A stretch of DNA of 16,518 bases from Vulcanimicrobiaceae bacterium. Lineage in GTDB: Bacteria; Vulcanimicrobiota; Vulcanimicrobiia; Vulcanimicrobiales; Vulcanimicrobiaceae. Under the pieces are notes generated by a model. It had not been told where the DNA came from, made no database searches, and worked only from the letters and a program-made list of their open reading frames with translations. Shown here piece by piece: positions 1 to 8,008 of this stretch. A program made the translations under genes and the position numbers. The stretch is from contig JBHEMM010000014.1 in the NCBI GenBank assembly GCA_046262595.1, positions 39,698 through 56,215 of the forward strand, in the 5' to 3' direction. Position 1 is the stretch's first letter. Every line of letters begins with the position of its first letter.

Positions 1-1068
1 ATGCAACCGTACGTCCCGGGCACGAGCATCGAAGAAGTGCAGCGCCGCCTCGGATTGGCGCGCGTCACCAAGCTCGCTTCCAACGAAAACCCGCTTGGCA
101 GTTCACCCAAGGCGATGGCGGCTCTGGCGCACGTCGACCGGCTGCACCTGTATTTCGACGACGCGCACACGGCGCTGCGCGAACGCCTAGGCGCAGCGTA
201 TGGGCTGCAGGCGGCAAACGTCGTGCTCGGGCATGGCAGCAACGAATTGATCGCGCTCGCGTGCCAGACGATGCTCGAGGCGGGCGACGAAGCGGTGATG
301 GCAACGCCCAGTTTTCTGCTCTATCCGCTGGCGGTTGCGCTGCGGGGCGCAACTGCAATTGAAGTGCCGCTGCGGGACGGCGTACACGACCCCGGCGGGC
401 TGCTCGACGCAATCACGGGACGGACAAAGCTGCTGTTTGTTTGCGATCCGAACAATCCGACGGGAACGGCATTGACGCCGGCGCAGTGGAACGATTTTTT
501 ACCGCGCGTGCCGGAACGCGTTACCGTCATCGTGGACCAAGCGTATCGCGAGTATATGGATGCCGGCACATTCGATGCGGCGCGCACGGTCGCGCAGCGC
601 CCAGGAACGATCGTTTTGCGGACGATGTCGAAGATCTACGGCTTAGCCTCCCTGCGCTTCGGCTACGGTTTCGGCGATGAAGAAACGATCGGATGGCTCA
701 ATCGCGTGCGTTTGCCCTTCAACGTGTCGCGGCCGGCGGCGTTAGGAGCGATGGGCGCTTTGGATGACGAGGCGTTCGTCGCGCGCAGCATCGCGGCGAA
801 CGGCGAGGGCAAAGCGGCAGTGTTTGGCGCGCTCGAACGGTTGGGGCTGCATGCGTATCCGACGCAGGCGAATTTTTATGCGGTGGAAGTTCCGGTGAGC
901 GCCGCGCGCGCGTACGAGGATTTACTTGCGCGGGGCCTTATCACGCGATCGGGCGATGCGCTGGGGATGCCGCGGCGTCTGCGCGTTACAATCGGCACGG
1001 CGGAGCAGAACGCGGATCTGGTGCGCGCGCTCGAGACGTTGCTGCCGCTTTGGAGTGGCGCGCAATGA
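1..1068 (+). CDS. hisC: Histidinol-phosphate aminotransferase (PLP, class I/II); the true start may lie just upstream of the window
   Basis: PYVPG, KLASNENPLG, GHGSNELI, PNNPTG, DQAYREY, RTMSKIYGLASLRFGY (PLP lysine) and RVTIGT motifs typical of HisC. Confidence 0.92.
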   Translation: MQPYVPGTSIEEVQRRLGLARVTKLASNENPLGSSPKAMAALAHVDRLHLYFDDAHTALRERLGAAYGLQAANVVLGHGSNELIALACQTMLEAGDEAVMATPSFLLYPLAVALRGATAIEVPLRDGVHDPGGLLDAITGRTKLLFVCDPNNPTGTALTPAQWNDFLPRVPERVTVIVDQAYREYMDAGTFDAARTVAQRPGTIVLRTMSKIYGLASLRFGYGFGDEETIGWLNRVRLPFNVSRPAALGAMGALDDEAFVARSIAANGEGKAAVFGALERLGLHAYPTQANFYAVEVPVSAARAYEDLLARGLITRSGDALGMPRRLRVTIGTAEQNADLVRALETLLPLWSGAQ

Positions 1069-1532
1069 GTTCGCAGACGGCCATTCGTGAAGGCGGCCTC
1101 GCCGATCGCGCGTTCGCGCTGGACCTGGGCAAACGCACCATGGGCGACAGCGTGGCATCGTTCCGCTACCACACGCAAGCGCTCCTCGATGCCAGCTACG
1201 AAGGATTGCTCGAGTACGTCTTCGCGCAGTCGCACGTGCTGCTGGTCGCCGAACGGGACGGCGCAGCCGCCGGCTTCATCTTGCTCTTGGATACGCTTCC
1301 CGACGAGGTCACGCGGATGCCCCAGGCGTTCGTGGTTTACATGGCCGTGGAACCTTGGGCGCGAAGAAGCGGTATGGGGAAGCAGCTGCTCGCCGCTGCG
1401 GAGGCCGCGGCGCGCGAACGCCGCTTGCCGTATATGGGATTGATGGTGACCGAAGAAAACGAAGCCGCGCGGCGGCTCTACGAGAGCGCCGGCTATTTGA
1501 GCGAACGCAGGCTCCTGTGCAAACCGCTGTAG
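1065..1532 (+). CDS. GNAT-family N-acetyltransferase
   Basis: Motif A (YMAVEPWARRSGMGKQLL) and motif B (LMVTEENEAARRLYESAGY). ATG at 1065 overlaps the hisC stop (ATGA), so it is preferred over the track start at 1050. Confidence 0.88.
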   Translation: MSSQTAIREGGLADRAFALDLGKRTMGDSVASFRYHTQALLDASYEGLLEYVFAQSHVLLVAERDGAAAGFILLLDTLPDEVTRMPQAFVVYMAVEPWARRSGMGKQLLAAAEAAARERRLPYMGLMVTEENEAARRLYESAGYLSERRLLCKPL

Positions 1533-2626
1533 ATCAATCCGCGCGGCGCCGGATCTTGTTGGCCGCTGCGAGCATCGTGCTGCTCGCGCTGGCCATGTGG
1601 TTTTCCGCGCGCATCCCCAAAACGATTGCCGTCTTTGTGGTCGCGGCATTCGTGGCTTCCGCGGTACATCCCGTCGTCACCGTGTTGGAGCGCCGGCGTA
1701 TACCGCGTCTTTGGGCGATTACCATCGTTTATGTGACGCTCATTTTACTGACCGTCGTGGTGCTCGTCGTGGTGGTTCCGTTGACGGTCGAACAGGTTCA
1801 GGCGCTGATCAACAACGTTCCGCACTATTTGCAGTCGGCGCAGGCGTGGCTCGTGGGCGCGCAGGCCGCGCTGCGTCAGCATTTCCCCGAGCTCAATATC
1901 CCCCGTCAGCCGATGGACATCCAGCAACTCGGCGGTGCGCGCATTACGGAACTGCTCACGCTTACCGTCGCATCGCTGGGAACGCTCGCCTTGGATGTGG
2001 CTACGGGGTTGTTCATCGCGTTTTCCGCGATCATCCTTTCGTTTTTCTTTCTGCTCAACCATGAATCGCTCGCAGACGGTTTTGCCGGCTTCTTCCCGCC
2101 CAGCAAACGGCGCACAGCCAGGAAACTGTCTTCCGAAGCGGTGGGCGTGTTCGGCGGCTATATAGCGGGACAGGTGATCGTGAGCGGCATTACCGGCATG
2201 TTGATCGCGGCGCTTGCTGCGATGTTCGGGTTCAAATATGCGCTGCTGATCGGCCTGGTTAGCGCCATCGGTTATGCGATTCCGATCATCGGCATGCTCG
2301 TCGTCCAGCTGCTTGCGCTGATTTTGGCCGCGCCGCAAGGCGCGTTCGAGATCGTCACAATGCAGCTCATCGTTTTCGGCGTCGCTCGGATCAGCGACAA
2401 TGTGCTCGTGCCCAAAATCATGGGCGGCGCCGTGGGGGTTTCGCCGATTGCCGTCATGTTTGCGGTGTTTGCCGGTGGCGAACTTTTCGGCTTGCCGGGG
2501 CTGATCTTGGGGATTCCGGCGGCCGCCATCGCGCGGTTGTTGTGGCGCTACTTTCTGGGGCCGTGGCTGCACGGGCAAATCGACGCGGTGGACGAGCCGT
2601 CCGGGCAGACGCACATCGTCGCGTGA
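1517..2626 (+). CDS. AI-2E family transporter (PerM/TqsA-like)
   Basis: Multiple hydrophobic segments, P-x-V-x-x-L-E-R-R, GGYIAGQ, IPIIG, DNVLVPKIMG..VGVSP, GGELFGLPGLILGIP. Start placed at the in-frame GTG at 1517; the track start at 1355 overlaps the GNAT gene deeply. Confidence 0.9.
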   Translation: MQTAVDQSARRRILLAAASIVLLALAMWFSARIPKTIAVFVVAAFVASAVHPVVTVLERRRIPRLWAITIVYVTLILLTVVVLVVVVPLTVEQVQALINNVPHYLQSAQAWLVGAQAALRQHFPELNIPRQPMDIQQLGGARITELLTLTVASLGTLALDVATGLFIAFSAIILSFFFLLNHESLADGFAGFFPPSKRRTARKLSSEAVGVFGGYIAGQVIVSGITGMLIAALAAMFGFKYALLIGLVSAIGYAIPIIGMLVVQLLALILAAPQGAFEIVTMQLIVFGVARISDNVLVPKIMGGAVGVSPIAVMFAVFAGGELFGLPGLILGIPAAAIARLLWRYFLGPWLHGQIDAVDEPSGQTHIVA

Positions 2627-2913
2627 GCAGACGCTTCGTCTCCGAGCCGCTCGTTCCGGCGCAGAGCGCGCCGGCGCAAGCCGGCGAACCGCAGCTGCCG
2701 CCGGCCTTCACGTGGCGCGGACAAACGCTTACCGTGGCGCGCGTGAACAACGTTTGGCGTTCCACGAAAGAAGACCGCGGCGATGTGTATCTCAAGCGGC
2801 ATTGGTTCGAGTTTGAAACCCCGCAGGGATGCACCGCAACCGTCTATTTCGACCGCGCGGCGAAACGCGGAACGCCGCATTGGTGGTTATATGCCATCAC
2901 AGCTGAAACGTAG
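2623..2913 (+). CDS. Small Trp-rich beta protein, DUF6504-like (96 aa)
   Basis: GTG at 2623 overlaps the upstream stop (GTGA). The pattern P-x-x-F-x-W-R-G...V..V...W...HWF.F.....G....VYFD......WWL resembles DUF6504 from memory; no HMM was run. Confidence 0.65.
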   Translation: MSRRFVSEPLVPAQSAPAQAGEPQLPPAFTWRGQTLTVARVNNVWRSTKEDRGDVYLKRHWFEFETPQGCTATVYFDRAAKRGTPHWWLYAITAET

Positions 2914-2922
2914 GAGGTTTCT

Positions 2923-3816
2923 TTGCCGGAGTATCTTTTGTTCGACGTTTTCGCCGAGCGGCCGTTTGAGGGCAATCCGCTTGCCGTGTTTGCGCATGCT
3001 GATGGTCTGGAAACCGCGACGATGCAGCGCATTGCCAACGAGCTCAACCTTTCGGAGAGTGTTTTTCTTACACGGACGGGCGATGAAGACCGTCCCGCAC
3101 GGGTGCGGATTTTCACACCGGCAACGGAGATGGCATTCGCCGGCCATCCGACGATTGGCGCAACCATCGCTATCGCCGAAGAGCTGCGCTGGACCGCGAA
3201 AGACGCATTCGTGCTCGAAGAAGGCGTGGGCGACGTACGGGTGCGCGTCACGCGCGGCCCGCAAACGACAGCGTGGCTGCAAACTCCGGCGATTCGTTTC
3301 GGCGAGGTGTTTGCGCGCGAGGATGCGGCCGCCGTGCTGCAACTTCCGCTCGAGAGGATACGCGCCGATGCGCCCGTCCAGCTTGCAGGCGCCGGCAATC
3401 CGTTTCTCTACGTGCCCTTGGTTGATGAAGCGGCGGTGGACGCGGCCGGAATGGACGCCGCGGCCGTGCGGCGTTTCGGCGGCGATGCGGGCGATCTGAA
3501 CGGCGTCTTTCTGTTTGCGCAGACCGCACAGGGAACGTACTCCCGCATGTTCGCTCCGATGTCCGGCATCGCCGAAGACCCCGCCACCGGCAGTGCGCAT
3601 GGGCCGCTGTATGCGTATCTCATCGAACACGAGCTGCTTCCCAACGCGAGCGCGTCGTACACGGCACTTCAGGGCGTAAAAATGCGGCGGCGCAGCGTCA
3701 TGTTGATACGCGTGCATGCGGGTTCGCCGCCCCGCGTTGACGTGGGGGGCAGCGCACTGCTCGTTGGTTCGGGGAAACTACATGGACTCCGGAGCGCTCA
3801 CGCCGATCATGCTTAA
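2923..3816 (+). CDS. PhzF-family isomerase/epimerase (DAP-epimerase fold)
   Basis: DVFAERPFEGNPLAV, MQRIANELNLSESVF, RIFTP..EMAFAGHPT, RMFAP..GIAEDPATGSA. SD AGGAGG precedes the TTG start. Confidence 0.92.
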   Translation: MPEYLLFDVFAERPFEGNPLAVFAHADGLETATMQRIANELNLSESVFLTRTGDEDRPARVRIFTPATEMAFAGHPTIGATIAIAEELRWTAKDAFVLEEGVGDVRVRVTRGPQTTAWLQTPAIRFGEVFAREDAAAVLQLPLERIRADAPVQLAGAGNPFLYVPLVDEAAVDAAGMDAAAVRRFGGDAGDLNGVFLFAQTAQGTYSRMFAPMSGIAEDPATGSAHGPLYAYLIEHELLPNASASYTALQGVKMRRRSVMLIRVHAGSPPRVDVGGSALLVGSGKLHGLRSAHADHA

Positions 3817-5466
3817 GACGGCGGCCAGCACGGTTTGCGCGGCAATGCACAGCGCAAGACGCGAGAGCCGCTGGTCGCGATCCTCCACCAGCACGCGGCT
3901 TTCGTGGTAGAACTGGTGGAAATCCGAAGCGACGTCGCGCGCGTAGCGCGTCAAGCGGTGCGGCGCCAGCTGCGTCACGACATTTTCCACGACCTGCGGC
4001 ATCTCCGCTAAGCGGCGTGCCAGCGCGATCTCCGCCGGCGCATCGAGCGCGGCGGTGTATTCGCCGCTCCGGGCGAGCTCCACGTCGGTGCGGCGGGCGT
4101 TTCGGAACACGCTGCAAATGCGCGCGTGGCTGTACTGCACGTAGAAAACCGGATTGTCGTTCGATTGCTCTTTGGCCAGCTCGAGATCGAACGTGAGCGG
4201 CGACTCGGGCGCCGGCATGATGAAAAAGAACCGCGCCGCGTCGACACCGACTTCGTCGATGATATCGTCGAGCGTGACGATGTGGCCCGCGCGCTTGCTC
4301 ATGCTGACCTGTTCGCCGCCGCGCATGAGCGTGATCTGCTGCGCGATAAGCACTTCAAGATGATCGCGGCTGTAGCCCAGCGCTTCGGCCAAACCTTTCA
4401 AACGCCCGATGTAGCCGTGGTGATCCGGTCCCAGAATATCGACGACTTTATCCGCGCGCTGCAGCTTCTCGTAATGATACGCGACGTCGTTGGAAAAATA
4501 CGTCGGCCGGCCGTCGCTGCGCACCAGCACGCGATCTTTATCGTCGCCGAAGCTCGTCGCTTTGAAATAGAGCGCGCCGTCGCGTTCGTAGGTGTGACCG
4601 CCGGCCTTGAGGCGCTCGATGCCCGCGCTGATGCGGCCGCTCTGGTGCATCTCCTGTTCGCTCTGCCACAGATCGTAGCCGATGCCGAAGCGCGCGACGG
4701 TTTGCAACTGTTCCGCAACCAGCGTATCGCGTCCGAACTTGGCGAAGTACGGCATCCACTGTTCTTGCGGCGCGTCGATCCATTTGGGGCCGTCGGCTTG
4801 TACGATGCGCTGCGCGACCGGCGGCAGATAATCGCCCGGATAGCCTTCTTCGGGGAAGGGAAAATCGGGCTGAAAGATTTGGCGGTAGCGGGCATAGAGC
4901 GAGCGGGCCAGCGTTTCCATCTGTCCGCCCGCATCGTTGATGATCCACTCGACGAACACGTCGTATCCGCAGAACAGCATCGCATTCGTCAGCGCGGCGC
5001 CGATGCTGCACGTGCGCCCTTGCACGACGACGAGCGGCCCGGTGGGATTTGCGCTTCCGAACTCGAGCGAGATGCGCGTTTTTTCCCGGGCCGCACGGCG
5101 CGGCGGGGGACCTTCGCGAACGATCTGCGCAACGGCGCCTTGCCACACCGGCGCCGCCAGACGCAGGTTAATGAATCCGGCGGCGGCTGCCGCACCGGAA
5201 AACAGTCCTTGCAGATCCGGGTCGGCCGCGAGCGCCGCGGCAAGCAATTGGCCCGCGAGATCTTGGGGCGGCCGTTTCGCCGCGCGGGCGAGCGCGAACG
5301 CGGCGTTGGTCGCAAAATCACCGAACTCGGCCCGGCGCGGCGCCTCGAAGGTGATCGCGGGTTCGGGCACATCGGGAAACTGCTCGAGAATGACGGCGCG
5401 CAGCGCCGCGGCGAAGCGTTCCAAAGCGGTTTGCGGTAAAACGGGAAGTCCGGTGCTGTGCGTCAT
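3778..5466 (-). CDS. argS: Arginine--tRNA ligase
   Basis: FGDFATN N-domain, EFGSANPTGP, NDAGGQ, YPGDY, FGDDKDRVL.RSDG.PTYF..D.AYH, GPDHHGY, MSKRAG, NPVFYVQYSHARICS, DFHQFY and C-terminal GVSAPESM. Confidence 0.96.
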   Translation of the reverse strand: MTHSTGLPVLPQTALERFAAALRAVILEQFPDVPEPAITFEAPRRAEFGDFATNAAFALARAAKRPPQDLAGQLLAAALAADPDLQGLFSGAAAAAGFINLRLAAPVWQGAVAQIVREGPPPRRAAREKTRISLEFGSANPTGPLVVVQGRTCSIGAALTNAMLFCGYDVFVEWIINDAGGQMETLARSLYARYRQIFQPDFPFPEEGYPGDYLPPVAQRIVQADGPKWIDAPQEQWMPYFAKFGRDTLVAEQLQTVARFGIGYDLWQSEQEMHQSGRISAGIERLKAGGHTYERDGALYFKATSFGDDKDRVLVRSDGRPTYFSNDVAYHYEKLQRADKVVDILGPDHHGYIGRLKGLAEALGYSRDHLEVLIAQQITLMRGGEQVSMSKRAGHIVTLDDIIDEVGVDAARFFFIMPAPESPLTFDLELAKEQSNDNPVFYVQYSHARICSVFRNARRTDVELARSGEYTAALDAPAEIALARRLAEMPQVVENVVTQLAPHRLTRYARDVASDFHQFYHESRVLVEDRDQRLSRLALCIAAQTVLAAVLSMIGVSAPESM

Positions 5467-5526
5467 GAGCGCGAAGGCTTCGCTGCAAGGCAGAGTTCTT
5501 CCAGCCGGCGGGGAAACGTCGCCACC

Positions 5527-5952
5527 ATGGATGCACTCGATTTAACGAAAGCGCCGCCGCGCGGTCCGCGCGAGCAGCTCGCGGGCCTGGTCATGCTGCC
5601 GCGAACGATCGATAAGGTGCGCGCGACGCTGCCCGGCGGCAGTCCCGGCGAATATCACGTCAGCGGTTTGTCGCAGCGCTTGCTGGACGCGCTCGGCATC
5701 GATCTCGAAGCGCTTACGCAGGCGGTGCGCGATGCGGCCGGTGACGATGATGTCGCGCAGTGGGTGAGCGCGCACAGCGATCCCTCCAAGTATCCGGAAA
5801 TAAACGAGGCGATGGAAAACCGGGCGCAGAGCCGCATGGATGCCGGCGCTCGTGCGGTCTTCGAAGAGAAGTACGGTGCCGACGTGCGCGTTCACGACAA
5901 ACTCTTCGATGTCATGGAAGCTGACGACCGAAAGACGTTCGCCGCGTCTTAG
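5527..5952 (+). CDS. DUF5069-like protein (141 aa)
   Basis: DLTKAPPRGPREQLAGLVMLPRTIDKVRA...G..GEY...L...LL..LGID and C-terminal FD..EADD match my recollection of DUF5069. ATG at 5527 preferred, because the track start overlaps the argS start. Confidence 0.72.
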   Translation: MDALDLTKAPPRGPREQLAGLVMLPRTIDKVRATLPGGSPGEYHVSGLSQRLLDALGIDLEALTQAVRDAAGDDDVAQWVSAHSDPSKYPEINEAMENRAQSRMDAGARAVFEEKYGADVRVHDKLFDVMEADDRKTFAAS

Positions 5953-6410
5953 TGGTGGTACGGCTCGTTGCGGACGATCTTCGCCGCGCGATAGAGCTGT
6001 TCCATGACGATCATCCGCGCCCACTCGTGCAGAAACGTGAGTTGTGAGAGCGACCATATCGTGTCGGCGCGCTCGCGCAGCGGCTCCGCGGCTCCGTACG
6101 TACCGGCGATCACGAGACACAGGCGGCGCACGCCGCTGTCGGCCAAGCCCGTCAGTTCGCGTGCCAGCTCCTCACTTGAGAATTGCGTGCCGCCGCGGTC
6201 GAGCAGCCACACGCGGTCGTCCGGCTGGATCGCGGCGAGCAGCCGCGCCGCTTCTTCGCGCATAACCGCTTGAGGGTCACGGCCTTTTCCCACGCGCGCT
6301 TCAAGAACCTCAAAAGCGTAGTGCCGTGCGAGGCGCTTAGCGAACTGCGCGCACGCCTGCGCGGCATACGGTTCGCGAAGTTTTCCGACGGCGAGCAAGC
6401 GCACGTGCAT
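5949..6410 (-). CDS. rlmH: 23S rRNA (pseudouridine1915-N3)-methyltransferase
   Basis: AVGKL, LDRGG.QFSSEELA, VIAGTYG, SLSQLTFLHEWAR....EQLYRA.KI..NEPYHH: SPOUT RlmH signature. Confidence 0.93.
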   Translation of the reverse strand: MHVRLLAVGKLREPYAAQACAQFAKRLARHYAFEVLEARVGKGRDPQAVMREEAARLLAAIQPDDRVWLLDRGGTQFSSEELARELTGLADSGVRRLCLVIAGTYGAAEPLRERADTIWSLSQLTFLHEWARMIVMEQLYRAAKIVRNEPYHH

Positions 6411-6460
6411 TCCGGCTTCTTCGCAACGCGCATGCGCGGCTCCGGGTTTTAAGCACAGAA

Positions 6461-7036
6461 GTGACGCAGCAGACGGATTTATTCGGTGCAGCCCCCCAAA
6501 TCTTGGCGAGCGGCGACGGCGGCGCGATCGTCTATCATCCCGCCGTGTTTGCGGCGCAGGAGTCGCGGCAGCTGTTCGAGCGGTTCGAACGCTCGCTGCC
6601 GTGGACGCGCGAGACGATGTGGATGTACGACCGCACGGTGGACGTGCCGCGATTGATCGCCCGGTTCGGCGATACTGCGGAGATGCCGCCGGAACTTCTT
6701 GATGTCAAGCAGCGCATCGAATCATATCTGCACACGGCGTTCAACGCCGTCTCCGTTCAATATTACCGCGATGCCGCCGACAGCGTTGCTTGGCATAACG
6801 ACCATCGGGACGAGCTGGTGCCCTTACCGGTGATCGCGCTGCTGAGCCTGGGCGCGACCCGCCAGATGCAGATCCGCAGCAAAACGAAGCCGCGGCGCAA
6901 CTTCCGCATCGACCTGCAGGCCGGCAGCGTGCTGGTGATGAGCGGCCGTTCGCAAGAGTTTTGGGAACACACGATTCCTAAATCGCCGCGGCCGGTCGCG
7001 CCGCGGATCAGCGTCGCGCTGCGCCAGCGCCGGTGA
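6461..7036 (+). CDS. AlkB-family 2OG/Fe(II) dioxygenase (ALKBH2/3-like DNA demethylase)
   Basis: LPW....MY....VPRL, FN....YYRD..DSVAWHND (HxD), LSLGA.R, GS.LVMSG..Q..WEH.IPK and RIS...R motifs. Confidence 0.88.
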   Translation: MTQQTDLFGAAPQILASGDGGAIVYHPAVFAAQESRQLFERFERSLPWTRETMWMYDRTVDVPRLIARFGDTAEMPPELLDVKQRIESYLHTAFNAVSVQYYRDAADSVAWHNDHRDELVPLPVIALLSLGATRQMQIRSKTKPRRNFRIDLQAGSVLVMSGRSQEFWEHTIPKSPRPVAPRISVALRQRR

Positions 7037-7901
7037 CGCGCGCGTAGCATTCGCCTGGGCGCGCTTCGACGAAGCCTTGGAGTTCGAGCAGGCAAAGCGC
7101 CGCCAGAATGTTCGCGGGCGGTTCGTTTGCAGCACGCATAAAGTCGCCTAGCGTCCGTTCGCCCGCCTCGAGCTGCCGCAAGATGCGTGCCTGCAGCGCA
7201 TCCGCCGGCTGAGCGCGCGTCTTGCCTTCCGGCTGCGTTTGCGCTTGCGGCAAGATGCGCAGATCCTCCAGCACGTCGGCGGGCCCGCGCGCCAGAATCG
7301 CGCCGTCGCGGATCAGCGCATGGCAACCGGCGACGTGCGCGCGGTCCACATCGCCCGGCACGGCGAAGACCGGAATCCGTCCGGCGGCCCAGCCGGCCGT
7401 GTTGAGCGCTCCGCTGCGCGCCGGAGCTTCGACCACTACGACGGCGTCGGCCAGGGCAGCCACAATGCCGTTGCGCTGCAGAAAGTATGCGGGCTTGGCC
7501 GCCGTGCCCGGCGCGAACGGGGAGAGCACCGCGCCGCCCGCATCGATCATTGCTTCGGCGAGTTTGCGGTTGCGCGACGGGAAGAAGCGATCGTGTCCGC
7601 TGCCCAGCACGCCGATCGTCCGTCCATCGCCCGCGAGGGCCCCGCAATGCGCGGCGGCGTCGATGCCCAGCGCGAGCCCGGAGATCACACAGCACCCATG
7701 CGCAGCAAAGGCGGCAGCAAAACGCGTCGCAAGCGCTTTGCCGTACGCCGTAGCGGCGCGCGTGCCGACGATCGCAATGCACGGAAGAGCCAGGCCGTCT
7801 AAGCTGCCGGCGGTCCACAGCCCCGCAAAAGCCTCGGGGAGCGGGCGCTCGCCGCGCCGTGCGGCAAACCGCTCGTAGGGCAGACAGACCGGCGCTTCCA
7901 T
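7008..7901 (-). CDS. dprA: DNA-processing protein DprA (Rossmann domain plus C-terminal winged helix)
   Basis: IAIVGTRAATAYG, ISGLALGIDAAAH, TIGVLGSG, FLQRN.IVA, VVVEA..RSGAL.TA, VFAVPG, GCH.LIRDGA and C-terminal L..LELQG.V...PG. SD-like GAAGGA upstream. Confidence 0.94.
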   Translation of the reverse strand: MEAPVCLPYERFAARRGERPLPEAFAGLWTAGSLDGLALPCIAIVGTRAATAYGKALATRFAAAFAAHGCCVISGLALGIDAAAHCGALAGDGRTIGVLGSGHDRFFPSRNRKLAEAMIDAGGAVLSPFAPGTAAKPAYFLQRNGIVAALADAVVVVEAPARSGALNTAGWAAGRIPVFAVPGDVDRAHVAGCHALIRDGAILARGPADVLEDLRILPQAQTQPEGKTRAQPADALQARILRQLEAGERTLGDFMRAANEPPANILAALCLLELQGFVEARPGECYARVTGAGAARR

Positions 7902-8008
7902 CGCTTTTCCTTCACGCGCGCTCGTGGAACCTCTAGAGGGCGCCTAGGGGGAAAGTACCCGATGCCTGGGAATAGAGCGGCCGAACCACCCGGTCCGGAG
8001 GAGAAATC

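Noticed and set aside
1355..1516. N-terminal extension of the AI-2E ORF
   Set aside because: Overlaps the GNAT gene and has off-frame composition; GTG at 1517 gives a normal family length.
2923..3816. Phenazine biosynthesis cluster
   Set aside because: No phzA/B/D/E/G nearby; solo PhzF-family genes are widespread.
4126..5439. 437-aa ORF antisense to argS
   Set aside because: Shadow ORF expected from high-GC codon bias; no recognisable motifs; fully overlaps a conserved gene.
5458..5526. N-terminal extension of the DUF5069 ORF
   Set aside because: Would overlap the argS start and leave no promoter space; the family pattern begins at ATG 5527.
7008..7901. DprA as part of an anti-phage SLOG/DprA-PRTase system
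   Set aside because: It has canonical competence DprA motifs with a winged-helix tail, comM is nearby, and there is no PRTase or other defence partner.
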